Below, one piece after another: positions 25,880 to 33,843 of a stretch of 35,240 nt of DNA (positions are counted from its first letter, which is position 1; the number at the start of each line of letters is the position of its first letter). The DNA lies in UHGV virus genome UHGV-0174372; one strand, given 5' to 3'. Origin of the DNA: a virus. A program made the position numbers and the translations under genes. The notes beneath the pieces are model-generated. The model was not told where the DNA came from. It ran no database searches and saw nothing but the letters and a program-made list of their open reading frames with translations.

Positions 25880-26890
25880 ATGAAACGTCTTGATATTGAT
25901 GTGGTGCCCAGTATCTCTGAACGCTCGTTATGTCAAACGTCTGGATTGAGGAAACTTGTTACGTTTGAAAATAACACTGGCGTGCCTATCCACGTCACTG
26001 AAACCAGTGGCGGTAGCTTTATTTTAAATGCCTCGAAAAACCCCGCTGATGAGCATGGGGTTATCGTTTACGTGACGTATCAATCATACGGAAGATGCGC
26101 GAATCTCAATGGGTTTGCTGAACTGATGCCGGGAAAACAGTTTTCTCGCTTTTGCGACCAATTGAAAGAAAAAGGGGAGGTAACGTTAGAGTATGCAGTA
26201 AACGATGTTGGTGCGTTGCTGCGAGGAGATTTAGTTGTACTAAAGCAATTAGGCTTTGCTTTCTCAACAACACCGATACGCTTAGATAGTAAACCCCCAA
26301 CTATGCGCCCTGGAGGTGAGCGCACTGAATTTACATTGGGTGTTGTTGTTGTGCAACGCTACGACGAGCCTGACAATTATCGGTGGCTACGTTTCTACGG
26401 TACGAAAATGAAAATCGAACCAATAACGTCACGCTATTATGAACCGGGCGTTTACATGATAATAGGAGGTGGAACGAGGGTGGAAGGGAGTCGAATGATT
26501 CATTTTGAATTTGACGACATTACCTCACCGTTTAGATTATTTAAGGATGAGGCAGCGGCGGACGCGTTTCGATGGCAAGAAGCAGTTCCCGGCCTCTTTG
26601 AGATTAAGCAACGTTTAGAGGAGCAGTACAAAGAAAAATTAGAAAGCTTGGATTCGGCAAAAGACAAGCTGGAATTGGAACACAAGAAACAACTACAGAG
26701 CATGGCTTTAGAAAAGGAGCGATTGACTTTAGCATTCAAGCAACAGGAATTGGAAGCGAAGTCACGGGCTGAGGCGCGTAAAGAATTCTACGAGACGCGT
26801 TCTTACATTCGTAAGGACGGCTCAGACCTATTTAAATCTGTCCCTGCGTATTTGGCGGCGGGTGTCGCATTTATAGGGATGCTAACGTAA
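25880..26890 (+). CDS. hypothetical protein (336 aa) with coiled-coil region and C-terminal hydrophobic anchor
   Basis: ATG 25880; E/K/L-rich heptad-like stretch (..EQYKEKLESLDSAKDKLELEHKKQLQSMALEKERLTLAFKQQELEAKSRAEARKE..); the last 16 residues VPAYLAAGVAFIGMLT are hydrophobic. Confidence 0.75.
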   Translation: MKRLDIDVVPSISERSLCQTSGLRKLVTFENNTGVPIHVTETSGGSFILNASKNPADEHGVIVYVTYQSYGRCANLNGFAELMPGKQFSRFCDQLKEKGEVTLEYAVNDVGALLRGDLVVLKQLGFAFSTTPIRLDSKPPTMRPGGERTEFTLGVVVVQRYDEPDNYRWLRFYGTKMKIEPITSRYYEPGVYMIIGGGTRVEGSRMIHFEFDDITSPFRLFKDEAAADAFRWQEAVPGLFEIKQRLEEQYKEKLESLDSAKDKLELEHKKQLQSMALEKERLTLAFKQQELEAKSRAEARKEFYETRSYIRKDGSDLFKSVPAYLAAGVAFIGMLT

Positions 26891-26900
26891 GGAGCATGGC

Positions 26901-28676
26901 GTGTTTAAAGATGCAATCAAAAAGCTTAAAGAGAGTGGTAAAATAGTACCCTTTAACCGTGCGATTGCGGAAGGAGTCGGTTATACGCAAGCCAAAGATG
27001 GTATTCATGATCGCGTTCATCGAATCTTGAAACGTGAGCTAGATTACCATCCTGTAGAGAACCCTCGTGTTCCTGAAGGCTTGGCCGTGTTGGGTGTTCG
27101 TTTAATGTCGCCGTTCGAAACTTTTATCTATAAGCTGTCTCGCTCAGAGAGCAGCAGAATGGATAAACGTCGTGGGGTGATGTCTATCGCGAATACCGAT
27201 GCGTATATGGTCATGTCGTCGTTCCGTATTCCTGGAGACTCAAGACCAATCTCAAGACCGATTAACTTGCCATTCATTCGTCGCGGTGGGTTGATGAACT
27301 ATTACGGAACAACGTATCACGTTGCGCCTGTCATTCATCAGCCGGGTATCTGTCGTGAGCACGGCGGGGTGTTTGTTAATTTTGACTTTAAACGTAAAGC
27401 GTCATTAAAATTCTGTAAGCATCCAGTACGTATTTTAGTGAATGGGAAGAAAGAAGAGTTGTTCTTGCCCGGAACAAACAATTTGTTTAAAGCCAAAAAC
27501 GCCACACATCCTGACACGGACGAAAAGCCGTTAATGTACTGGCTATTCGGACGTTATGGATTTAAGGAAGCCATCAAACGTTATACTGGCGTGGATGTGG
27601 AGATATACCCTGCATTCAAAGTACCTGAAATCGATCTCGATAAAAAAGTAGTAATCAGTTCAGGTGAGCCTAAACATAATCGGTCGATTATGTACGTAGT
27701 GACGGTTCCTGCAGAGGCTTTACCAAATCTCGATAAAGCGGGATGGGATCAAAACGAGCACTTATTACTCGTGGCGATTTCTGCATTCTTTAAAGCAGCG
27801 CACTATTATTGCGGAAAGCAAGCGATTAAAAACGGCAACGTTGTTCCTTTACCGCCGTTGTTTACCGCGATTAACGAACTTGCAATGGAGGACGATGTTG
27901 TAAACCTGAATTCCTCCGCAATTTGGCGGGAGATTTTGGGGAGAAGTATTGTTGGACTTAAACCGTCCGATATTGAACTGGCACACAGCATGACGAAACA
28001 CTATACGGAGTGTGAACGCTACGTTAACTCAACATTCCGTGGTGAGTTAATGATGTCAGATCCCGATATCCCGGACGATATGGATATGTTTGATTTCTTC
28101 TGGTACGCGACGAAATTGATGGTGAGAACGCGCCTTACGAAACAAGGTGATATTCCGTCAATGTATGGAAAACGTCTGACCGTAACAGATTACCTGTTAT
28201 TGGGTGAACGTGGCTTTACACCTACCATCGCTGCGATTCGTTTCCACTTGGGACAAACGGAAAATCGAACACCGGAGTCTTGTGCGAACATGATACGCAG
28301 TGCGTTGAATAAAGACATTGTAACCAGCCTGGTATTACGCAACATTACCGGCAATGGCGGTGTAAGTTATTTCAACGCTTCTACTGAGTCTATGGTGCTG
28401 GGGGTTTCAACCCATGCTATCAGCCAGACAGAAACAGAATCAAAACGTAACAGCAAGGGCGGTAAGACGGTTAACCTTAATGACCGGACAAAACATGCCT
28501 CTGCATCTCATCTGGAATGTGGTAACGTGTATTACATTCCGAAGTCATCACCGTTCAAATCGGGTATTCTCAATCCGTATATGAAGACGAACACCCAACT
28601 GGTGATGATACGTAATCCAAAACTCAACGAGTTGATCCAAGCAACCGAAGAAGACATTGCGAAGATTGGCCGTTAA
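26901..28676 (+). CDS. hypothetical phage protein (591 aa), GTG start
   Basis: aaggag lies 6 nt upstream of GTG 26901; the nearby ATG at 26896 is in another frame and gives only a 16-aa peptide. Confidence 0.8.
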   Translation: MFKDAIKKLKESGKIVPFNRAIAEGVGYTQAKDGIHDRVHRILKRELDYHPVENPRVPEGLAVLGVRLMSPFETFIYKLSRSESSRMDKRRGVMSIANTDAYMVMSSFRIPGDSRPISRPINLPFIRRGGLMNYYGTTYHVAPVIHQPGICREHGGVFVNFDFKRKASLKFCKHPVRILVNGKKEELFLPGTNNLFKAKNATHPDTDEKPLMYWLFGRYGFKEAIKRYTGVDVEIYPAFKVPEIDLDKKVVISSGEPKHNRSIMYVVTVPAEALPNLDKAGWDQNEHLLLVAISAFFKAAHYYCGKQAIKNGNVVPLPPLFTAINELAMEDDVVNLNSSAIWREILGRSIVGLKPSDIELAHSMTKHYTECERYVNSTFRGELMMSDPDIPDDMDMFDFFWYATKLMVRTRLTKQGDIPSMYGKRLTVTDYLLLGERGFTPTIAAIRFHLGQTENRTPESCANMIRSALNKDIVTSLVLRNITGNGGVSYFNASTESMVLGVSTHAISQTETESKRNSKGGKTVNLNDRTKHASASHLECGNVYYIPKSSPFKSGILNPYMKTNTQLVMIRNPKLNELIQATEEDIAKIGR

Positions 28677-28715
28677 CGAATTAAATTATAGAAAAGACGT
28701 AACAGGAGTATAATA

Positions 28716-30368
28716 ATGGCAACTGTCAATAAAGACGTAATTCGTAACCACATTTATAACACGATCTCCAGTGGTCGTGATGAACTTTTATCGTATCTTT
28801 GTAATCAAGCACGTGCTGCTGGATTGAATGACGACAAATACATGGATAATGCCGTTACTGTCGCCACGTGGTTTGTATACAACCGTCGTCCAGATAACGA
28901 AACTGCATCGGCGATTCTGGCAACTTTTAAATCGACGCTGTATAGTGACTTACTGGGACGTGGTATGCAGCCACTGGACCCGCGTATTCACAGCCAGCTG
29001 GAACAGGAATTCCGTACGACGAATCAGTATGCGGTGCAAGCTAAACAGCTTATGGCGCAATCGAGCACTTTTGGTGGCCCAGCAATGGGTGGGTCTCCGA
29101 GCTTAGCGATGCCTGCGTCTGGCTTCCCAGGCAGCGGCTATGGTAGTCCACAACCAGCACCAGCGGTACAAGGGGGTTCTATCCCAATGTCAACTTACGA
29201 TCCGCGCACAGCGGCACAGAAGCAATCACCGCAACCGCAAGGTAACTTCGGCCAGCCTGCACAACAACCTGCACAGCAACCCGTGCAACAGGCACAGCCT
29301 AAACCAACTGTTTCGCAGTCTATGGTGGAAGCTAACAAGCCGCGTGAGCTCGACGAGAAAACTATCGAAGAACTTGTCGAACGTTACAATAAACCTATCA
29401 TCGACCATTTCCGGGTAGAAATTGTGGAAGACTATTTAGATCACGAACTTAGAGAACAGATTAAGAAAAATATTCTTACGCCGAAAGAACTCAATGAACG
29501 CATCAAAAATTCACCGTATTCTAGCCATCACAATTGGTCAGAAAAGGTTGACGAAATCATCGATAATGAAGACGTCGATTATTGCGTTTATGATGAAGCG
29601 GATGTGATGGTGAAAACCGAAAGCGAGTATAAATTGTTCCCGATGGTGAGTACGGATTCGAGCAAAACTTACCTTCAAGAATTTTATACTGCCACCCGCC
29701 AGGCAATCGATGGTATCGAAGATATTCGCGATATTGACGATCCGGAAGAAATGCTGAAGCGTACGATCGATGAGGTGTTCCGCATCCGTAAAATGTCTGA
29801 GCGCCTACTGCAATATTTCAATACTCAGGCAGAGGAGCCGGATACACTGAAACAAAGCTGTGTGGAGTTCTGTCAGCAGTTTAACGCAACACTCACTGTT
29901 TTGGTTCATAACGCGATTGCTGTTGCGACAAACTACGGTAAAGGAATTCCAGGTACGAAATTTGTACAATTCGATTGTAACTTAAGCGATCTCGAATACT
30001 TCCGTGACACGCTGTTCCCGCGCACTATCGGTGAAAATGGTGTAACCACGGCTGCGGATTTCTTCCGCGAACTGTGCTTGCTGGTTGCACGTTCTGTTCG
30101 TAAACTGCACTTCCGTCTGAAATCTAACGATCGTGCTATTGAAATTTGCCGCGTAACTTACACCATTCAGCTGCCTGCGGATTACCCGTCTGCAAAAGGA
30201 CGCAATATCGTAGAGATTTCCTCCTTCGGTAATGCGTTTGAACCTATTGTCGGTATCTATGAAGCAATTAACCAACGCGCACCTGAAGCTATTGTGAAGC
30301 TGGCTACCCCGTCGGCATCGTATACACTGCTTAGCAATGGTGAAATTACCGCACCGGTGCGTTACTAA
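28716..30368 (+). CDS. hypothetical phage protein (550 aa) with Q/P/A/G-rich low-complexity linker
   Basis: ATG 28716 with aggag at 7-nt spacing; residues about 114-200 are low complexity (..GSPQPAPAVQGG..PAQQPAQQPVQQAQPKP..). Confidence 0.8.
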   Translation: MATVNKDVIRNHIYNTISSGRDELLSYLCNQARAAGLNDDKYMDNAVTVATWFVYNRRPDNETASAILATFKSTLYSDLLGRGMQPLDPRIHSQLEQEFRTTNQYAVQAKQLMAQSSTFGGPAMGGSPSLAMPASGFPGSGYGSPQPAPAVQGGSIPMSTYDPRTAAQKQSPQPQGNFGQPAQQPAQQPVQQAQPKPTVSQSMVEANKPRELDEKTIEELVERYNKPIIDHFRVEIVEDYLDHELREQIKKNILTPKELNERIKNSPYSSHHNWSEKVDEIIDNEDVDYCVYDEADVMVKTESEYKLFPMVSTDSSKTYLQEFYTATRQAIDGIEDIRDIDDPEEMLKRTIDEVFRIRKMSERLLQYFNTQAEEPDTLKQSCVEFCQQFNATLTVLVHNAIAVATNYGKGIPGTKFVQFDCNLSDLEYFRDTLFPRTIGENGVTTAADFFRELCLLVARSVRKLHFRLKSNDRAIEICRVTYTIQLPADYPSAKGRNIVEISSFGNAFEPIVGIYEAINQRAPEAIVKLATPSASYTLLSNGEITAPVRY

Positions 30369-30412
30369 GGGGCTTCGTGCCCCCTAATCTATAGACACCA
30401 CAGGACAGTATC

Positions 30413-30661
30413 ATGGCAGCCTATGTTGATTACAGTAATACAAAAATTGAGTTAAAGGAGATTGATACCGCCGCTCGTTTAAAGCAACAGCTTAATCTGG
30501 AGTTATACCAACTCCAAGTTCGGATGCACGAACGCGAACAGTTCATTGAAAAACGCCCAATTTTCATTGACGAACGCCAAGTGAAACTGATCACTGCGGA
30601 ACTGGAGGTAATGGCCGCAGAGAAATTGTTGTTAGAAGAACGCATTGCCGCTATTGTCTAA
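30413..30661 (+). CDS. small coiled-coil protein (82 aa)
   Basis: ATG 30413 with agga upstream; heptad-like sequence (LKQQLNLELYQLQVRMHEREQFIEKR..); followed by a terminator. Confidence 0.6.
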   Translation: MAAYVDYSNTKIELKEIDTAARLKQQLNLELYQLQVRMHEREQFIEKRPIFIDERQVKLITAELEVMAAEKLLLEERIAAIV

Positions 30662-30670
30662 TCGCCCCAC

Positions 30671-30705
30671 AGGAGAGCTTCGGCTCTCCTCCTTTATTTT
30701 TATTC
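30671..30705 (+). terminator. intrinsic terminator
   Basis: 8-bp stem aggagagc/gctctcct with ttcg loop, followed by cctttatttttatt. Confidence 0.7.
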
Positions 30706-30748
30706 CCCAATTTATTATAGCCGCCCACTATAGTGAGGGAATGAGGAA

Positions 30749-31048
30749 ATGATTAAATATGTCGTTATTAATGTAGACTACGAACGTAGCCCACGTTTTC
30801 GTTTTGAGTTACCTGAAACCAAAGCAACCATGGAGTTTAATCGCTACTTATTAGAGCATTCAAACACAAAAATCAATCACGGTAGATACTGGCTTATCTA
30901 CTATAATGCCCGCAATGAGCTACTGAAAGCCGTCAAGAAATCAGGTCAGTCGGAACTGTTAGTGAAACTGACGGCGTACGATAACGATCCATTAGCAATA
31001 GGAGTGATGCTAGACCTTGCTATTAAGAAAGACGAGATAGCGTGGTGA
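30749..31048 (+). CDS. hypothetical protein (99 aa)
   Basis: ATG 30749 with gaggga at 8-nt spacing; ends at the bidirectional terminator. Confidence 0.6.
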   Translation: MIKYVVINVDYERSPRFRFELPETKATMEFNRYLLEHSNTKINHGRYWLIYYNARNELLKAVKKSGQSELLVKLTAYDNDPLAIGVMLDLAIKKDEIAW

Positions 31049-31062
31049 AAAAAAAGAAAAGC

Positions 31063-31110
31063 TACTCCGACCCCAGAAGGGTCGGAGTAAGCTCGAATTA
31101 TTTTTTTTTG
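31063..31110. terminator. bidirectional intrinsic terminator between convergent genes
   Basis: 10-bp stem tactccgacc/ggtcggagta flanked by an A-run (31048-31062) and a T-run (31098-31109). Confidence 0.7.
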
Positions 31111-31114
31111 CTAC

Positions 31115-33832
31115 TTAGAGAGTTTCATCGGCGTTGTCGTCTGTACCGGTATCCGTCTCGTCTGTGTCTTCAGCAGAAACGTCTTCTTCCGCTGCCGTAT
31201 CGGTTTCCGTCGTTTCATCATCAGACATGTCCAAGTCTTCATCACCGCCCATATCGTCACCACCTAAGTCCTCATCGCCCCCTAAGCCACCGTCGTCTTC
31301 AGAGCCGCCCCCGAAGTCGCTACCGCCGCCGAAGTTATTGGCGTCCTCAGGATTCAAATCAGCCGCTTTTGCTAAGGTTTCAACTTTACCTGTTGTGCGC
31401 TTAGCTAACTGAATCAGCGTCTTCGATGCTGCTGCGATTTCATCAGAAATCATCTTGACGTTTTCACCACGTTTATCTTCGTCGTAGATCAAATCAAACA
31501 GATCGGTTTCGATACCTTGATTACGCAGCCAGTTACGCGTATAGAACGATTTAATCATCGTCTTGAGATCATCAGGCTGCATTTCGATACCTTCGTTCTG
31601 AAGCATATTCGAAATGTCGTCGGTAACAACTAGGTCCGCCAGTTTCTCAATGAACTCATAGCGTTTATCAAACAGATCCGCTTGTGAAGAAGAAGCTGAT
31701 GTGTCTGGTGGTGGTAAGGTGACTTTCATGCCATTGATGAACTTCGCCAGATACTCTGACGTTTGTTTGGTCAAGTCTTCACCTGTTACATTAGGATTTT
31801 GATTGCGAATATATTCAACGATAACACGAATCAGCTCTGCTTGTAACTTAGGAGAAGCTTGCAAACTGTTTGTCACGTAGCGTGTTAACGGCGTAGACAG
31901 GATTTCTTGTTTCTTCACGATTTGTTGAGTCACCAGCAGTGACTTGGAATAAATCTGCGAGGCAAATTCCAGGTTTTCCGGCGTCAAAACAAGATCCGGG
32001 TCTACACACGCGATGTGACAAGTACGACGGAGTAAGTTTTCATCGATTTGTTGATCGGGCACTTTATACTCAGGTGTTGTGTCCGAAACCGACACTTTAT
32101 GACTGGCGTAGTATTCGTTACCCGTCACGTTAAATGCAATCCCGGCATTAGCCCCCATTGACCAAGCGTCATTGATATCACCCCACATCGGTAAACGACG
32201 ATTATAGGAGTTGAGGATATCTGATTTAACCTGGTCAACCGTTTTCTGACCGTTCATATCGTCCGGCGATAACTCGATGTCGTATTGCATGTGACGTGCT
32301 GAGTTCAACACTGAAGAGTTCATCGTTGCGAACAACAGCGCCATCCTGACCGTAGAGATGATAAAGGAACGTTCAGTGATAGACACCCCAATACCATCTT
32401 CGTTAAAGTCCGTTGCAAAGTAGCACAAGTTATTAGCCGGGATATAGACAACCTGTGTGTGACGTTTTGCGAGGTGACGTGCCAGCAGAATACGACCGAA
32501 AGTTTCGGTAATTTTCATGCTGATTTCAGCTCCACCCAATGCCTGGCTTAACGCACGGGTAAATTCGTTCTCAGCAATCTCGCTACAACGGGCACTTAAA
32601 CGGTTGGCGATCTCTGGCGTTATACGAGAGGTATTACCCAAACCCAAATTAGAGCGGTTGATAATACTGTCTGTCATGCCATCGTTGTTAAGGTAGTTCA
32701 TAAAGTTCGCGTCCCCGTAAAGTGAAGAACGTGAGTTGATGAAGTTACCCATATCGTCAATAATGGTCAGAAACCCAATAGGGTTGCGAACGTCGTCGCC
32801 GATAACCAACGGTGCGGTAGACTCAGCAGGCAATAGGCATTCGAAATATTCGATTTGGTTGTTTTCATTCATCGAAATAATCGGAATATCGCCATAAGTC
32901 TGAGTTTTTGGTGTACCTCTGTACGCTTCGTTCAGATCGCCTAAGTTAATGAAGCCTTTTTCAGCCGCATCACGCTGACGATCGTTAAACTGTTGATTAA
33001 CTTCATACGGTGTAGCACCTGTCGGTGTGGCAGGCTTTTCATATGCGGCTTGCTCTAATTGGCCGTAGAGACCAGTACGTGCGTTCTCATGAGCGATTCG
33101 ACGATAAGCATGGGGTAGTAACGTGATACGTGGGTTGTCGGTGATCGAGATGTCCATTTCGAACTTATCTGAGAACATCTTATCATGGTTACTGAAATTG
33201 ATTTTCAGCGACTGCGGTCCTTTAACAGGCCCACGGACACGACTCAGAATAGATTCCACACCCACCCGTTGCCCGTCTTCTTGCCCGTTGATTGGACCGA
33301 GAATACCGAGCTGTTCTTCGAAATAGGCAGCTTGAGAACGACGTACGGATTCGGTAGCGACTTTGGCGTCTAAACCGAACAGCTGGTCAAATCCGTTGTC
33401 CGAGATTATCATCACTGGACTTGCGCCTTTTGTTTTTAACGCGTCGTAAATCCACTGATATAATTTCTTAGGTAATTGACGTACGTTATCATGATAATCA
33501 CGCGTTGGTGCCAGTAGGTCATTACGTAGGTCAATTGGAATGTCTGCGATGTTGTCGTAAATCAACGTGGTGTTGATTAAGTCTTTTGTCGACAGCAAGC
33601 TCGAAGTTGCAATGGTAACAATCGTTTCGAGTTCAGGTAACGCATCAAAGATACGTTCCGCATTTTTGATAGTACGAATACGCGAACTTACAATTCCTGC
33701 AAGTTCCTGACGTGTTGGCGTAGAACCACCCTCGCTACGCGTACCGCGTTGTTGCTGGGGTGCTGGGCCCGTAGTTTTACGAAGAATTGCAGCTACGGCG
33801 GGGTCGCCCGTTAATTTACTAATATCGTCCAT
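31115..33832 (-). CDS. large virion-associated protein (905 aa) with acidic Gly/Asp/Glu-rich C-terminal tail; portal candidate is pure speculation
   Basis: Long ORF with GGAG about 7 nt upstream of the ATG on the minus strand; the C-terminal 70-odd residues read GGGSDFGGGSEDDGGLGGDEDLGGDDMGGDEDLDMSDDETTETDTAAEEDVSAEDTDETDTGTDDNADETL. Confidence 0.85.
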   Translation of the reverse strand: MDDISKLTGDPAVAAILRKTTGPAPQQQRGTRSEGGSTPTRQELAGIVSSRIRTIKNAERIFDALPELETIVTIATSSLLSTKDLINTTLIYDNIADIPIDLRNDLLAPTRDYHDNVRQLPKKLYQWIYDALKTKGASPVMIISDNGFDQLFGLDAKVATESVRRSQAAYFEEQLGILGPINGQEDGQRVGVESILSRVRGPVKGPQSLKINFSNHDKMFSDKFEMDISITDNPRITLLPHAYRRIAHENARTGLYGQLEQAAYEKPATPTGATPYEVNQQFNDRQRDAAEKGFINLGDLNEAYRGTPKTQTYGDIPIISMNENNQIEYFECLLPAESTAPLVIGDDVRNPIGFLTIIDDMGNFINSRSSLYGDANFMNYLNNDGMTDSIINRSNLGLGNTSRITPEIANRLSARCSEIAENEFTRALSQALGGAEISMKITETFGRILLARHLAKRHTQVVYIPANNLCYFATDFNEDGIGVSITERSFIISTVRMALLFATMNSSVLNSARHMQYDIELSPDDMNGQKTVDQVKSDILNSYNRRLPMWGDINDAWSMGANAGIAFNVTGNEYYASHKVSVSDTTPEYKVPDQQIDENLLRRTCHIACVDPDLVLTPENLEFASQIYSKSLLVTQQIVKKQEILSTPLTRYVTNSLQASPKLQAELIRVIVEYIRNQNPNVTGEDLTKQTSEYLAKFINGMKVTLPPPDTSASSSQADLFDKRYEFIEKLADLVVTDDISNMLQNEGIEMQPDDLKTMIKSFYTRNWLRNQGIETDLFDLIYDEDKRGENVKMISDEIAAASKTLIQLAKRTTGKVETLAKAADLNPEDANNFGGGSDFGGGSEDDGGLGGDEDLGGDDMGGDEDLDMSDDETTETDTAAEEDVSAEDTDETDTGTDDNADETL

Positions 33833-33843
33833 TGGGGTCTCCG

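Noticed and set aside
13451-30748. Short TATG/TATAG motifs 15-40 nt upstream of several structural-gene starts (for example 13468-13474, 18211-18216, 28686-28692, 30388-30392, 30715-30735) as possible late promoters
   Set aside because: The motifs are too short and too AT-rich to separate from chance by eye. They are noted only as a hypothesis to test with transcription-start mapping.
31042-31412. Plus-strand ORFs 31042-31404 and 31134-31412, antisense to the acidic tail of the 905-aa gene
   Set aside because: They begin inside the bidirectional terminator, and their R/S/P-rich translations are the mirror of the acidic-tail codons.
31115-33832. RNA polymerase beta-prime catalytic motif (NADFDGD) suggested by ATDFNEDG in the 905-aa protein
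   Set aside because: The three-aspartate spacing D-x-D-x-D is not present (it reads D-F-N-E-D-G), and no other RNA polymerase motifs were seen.
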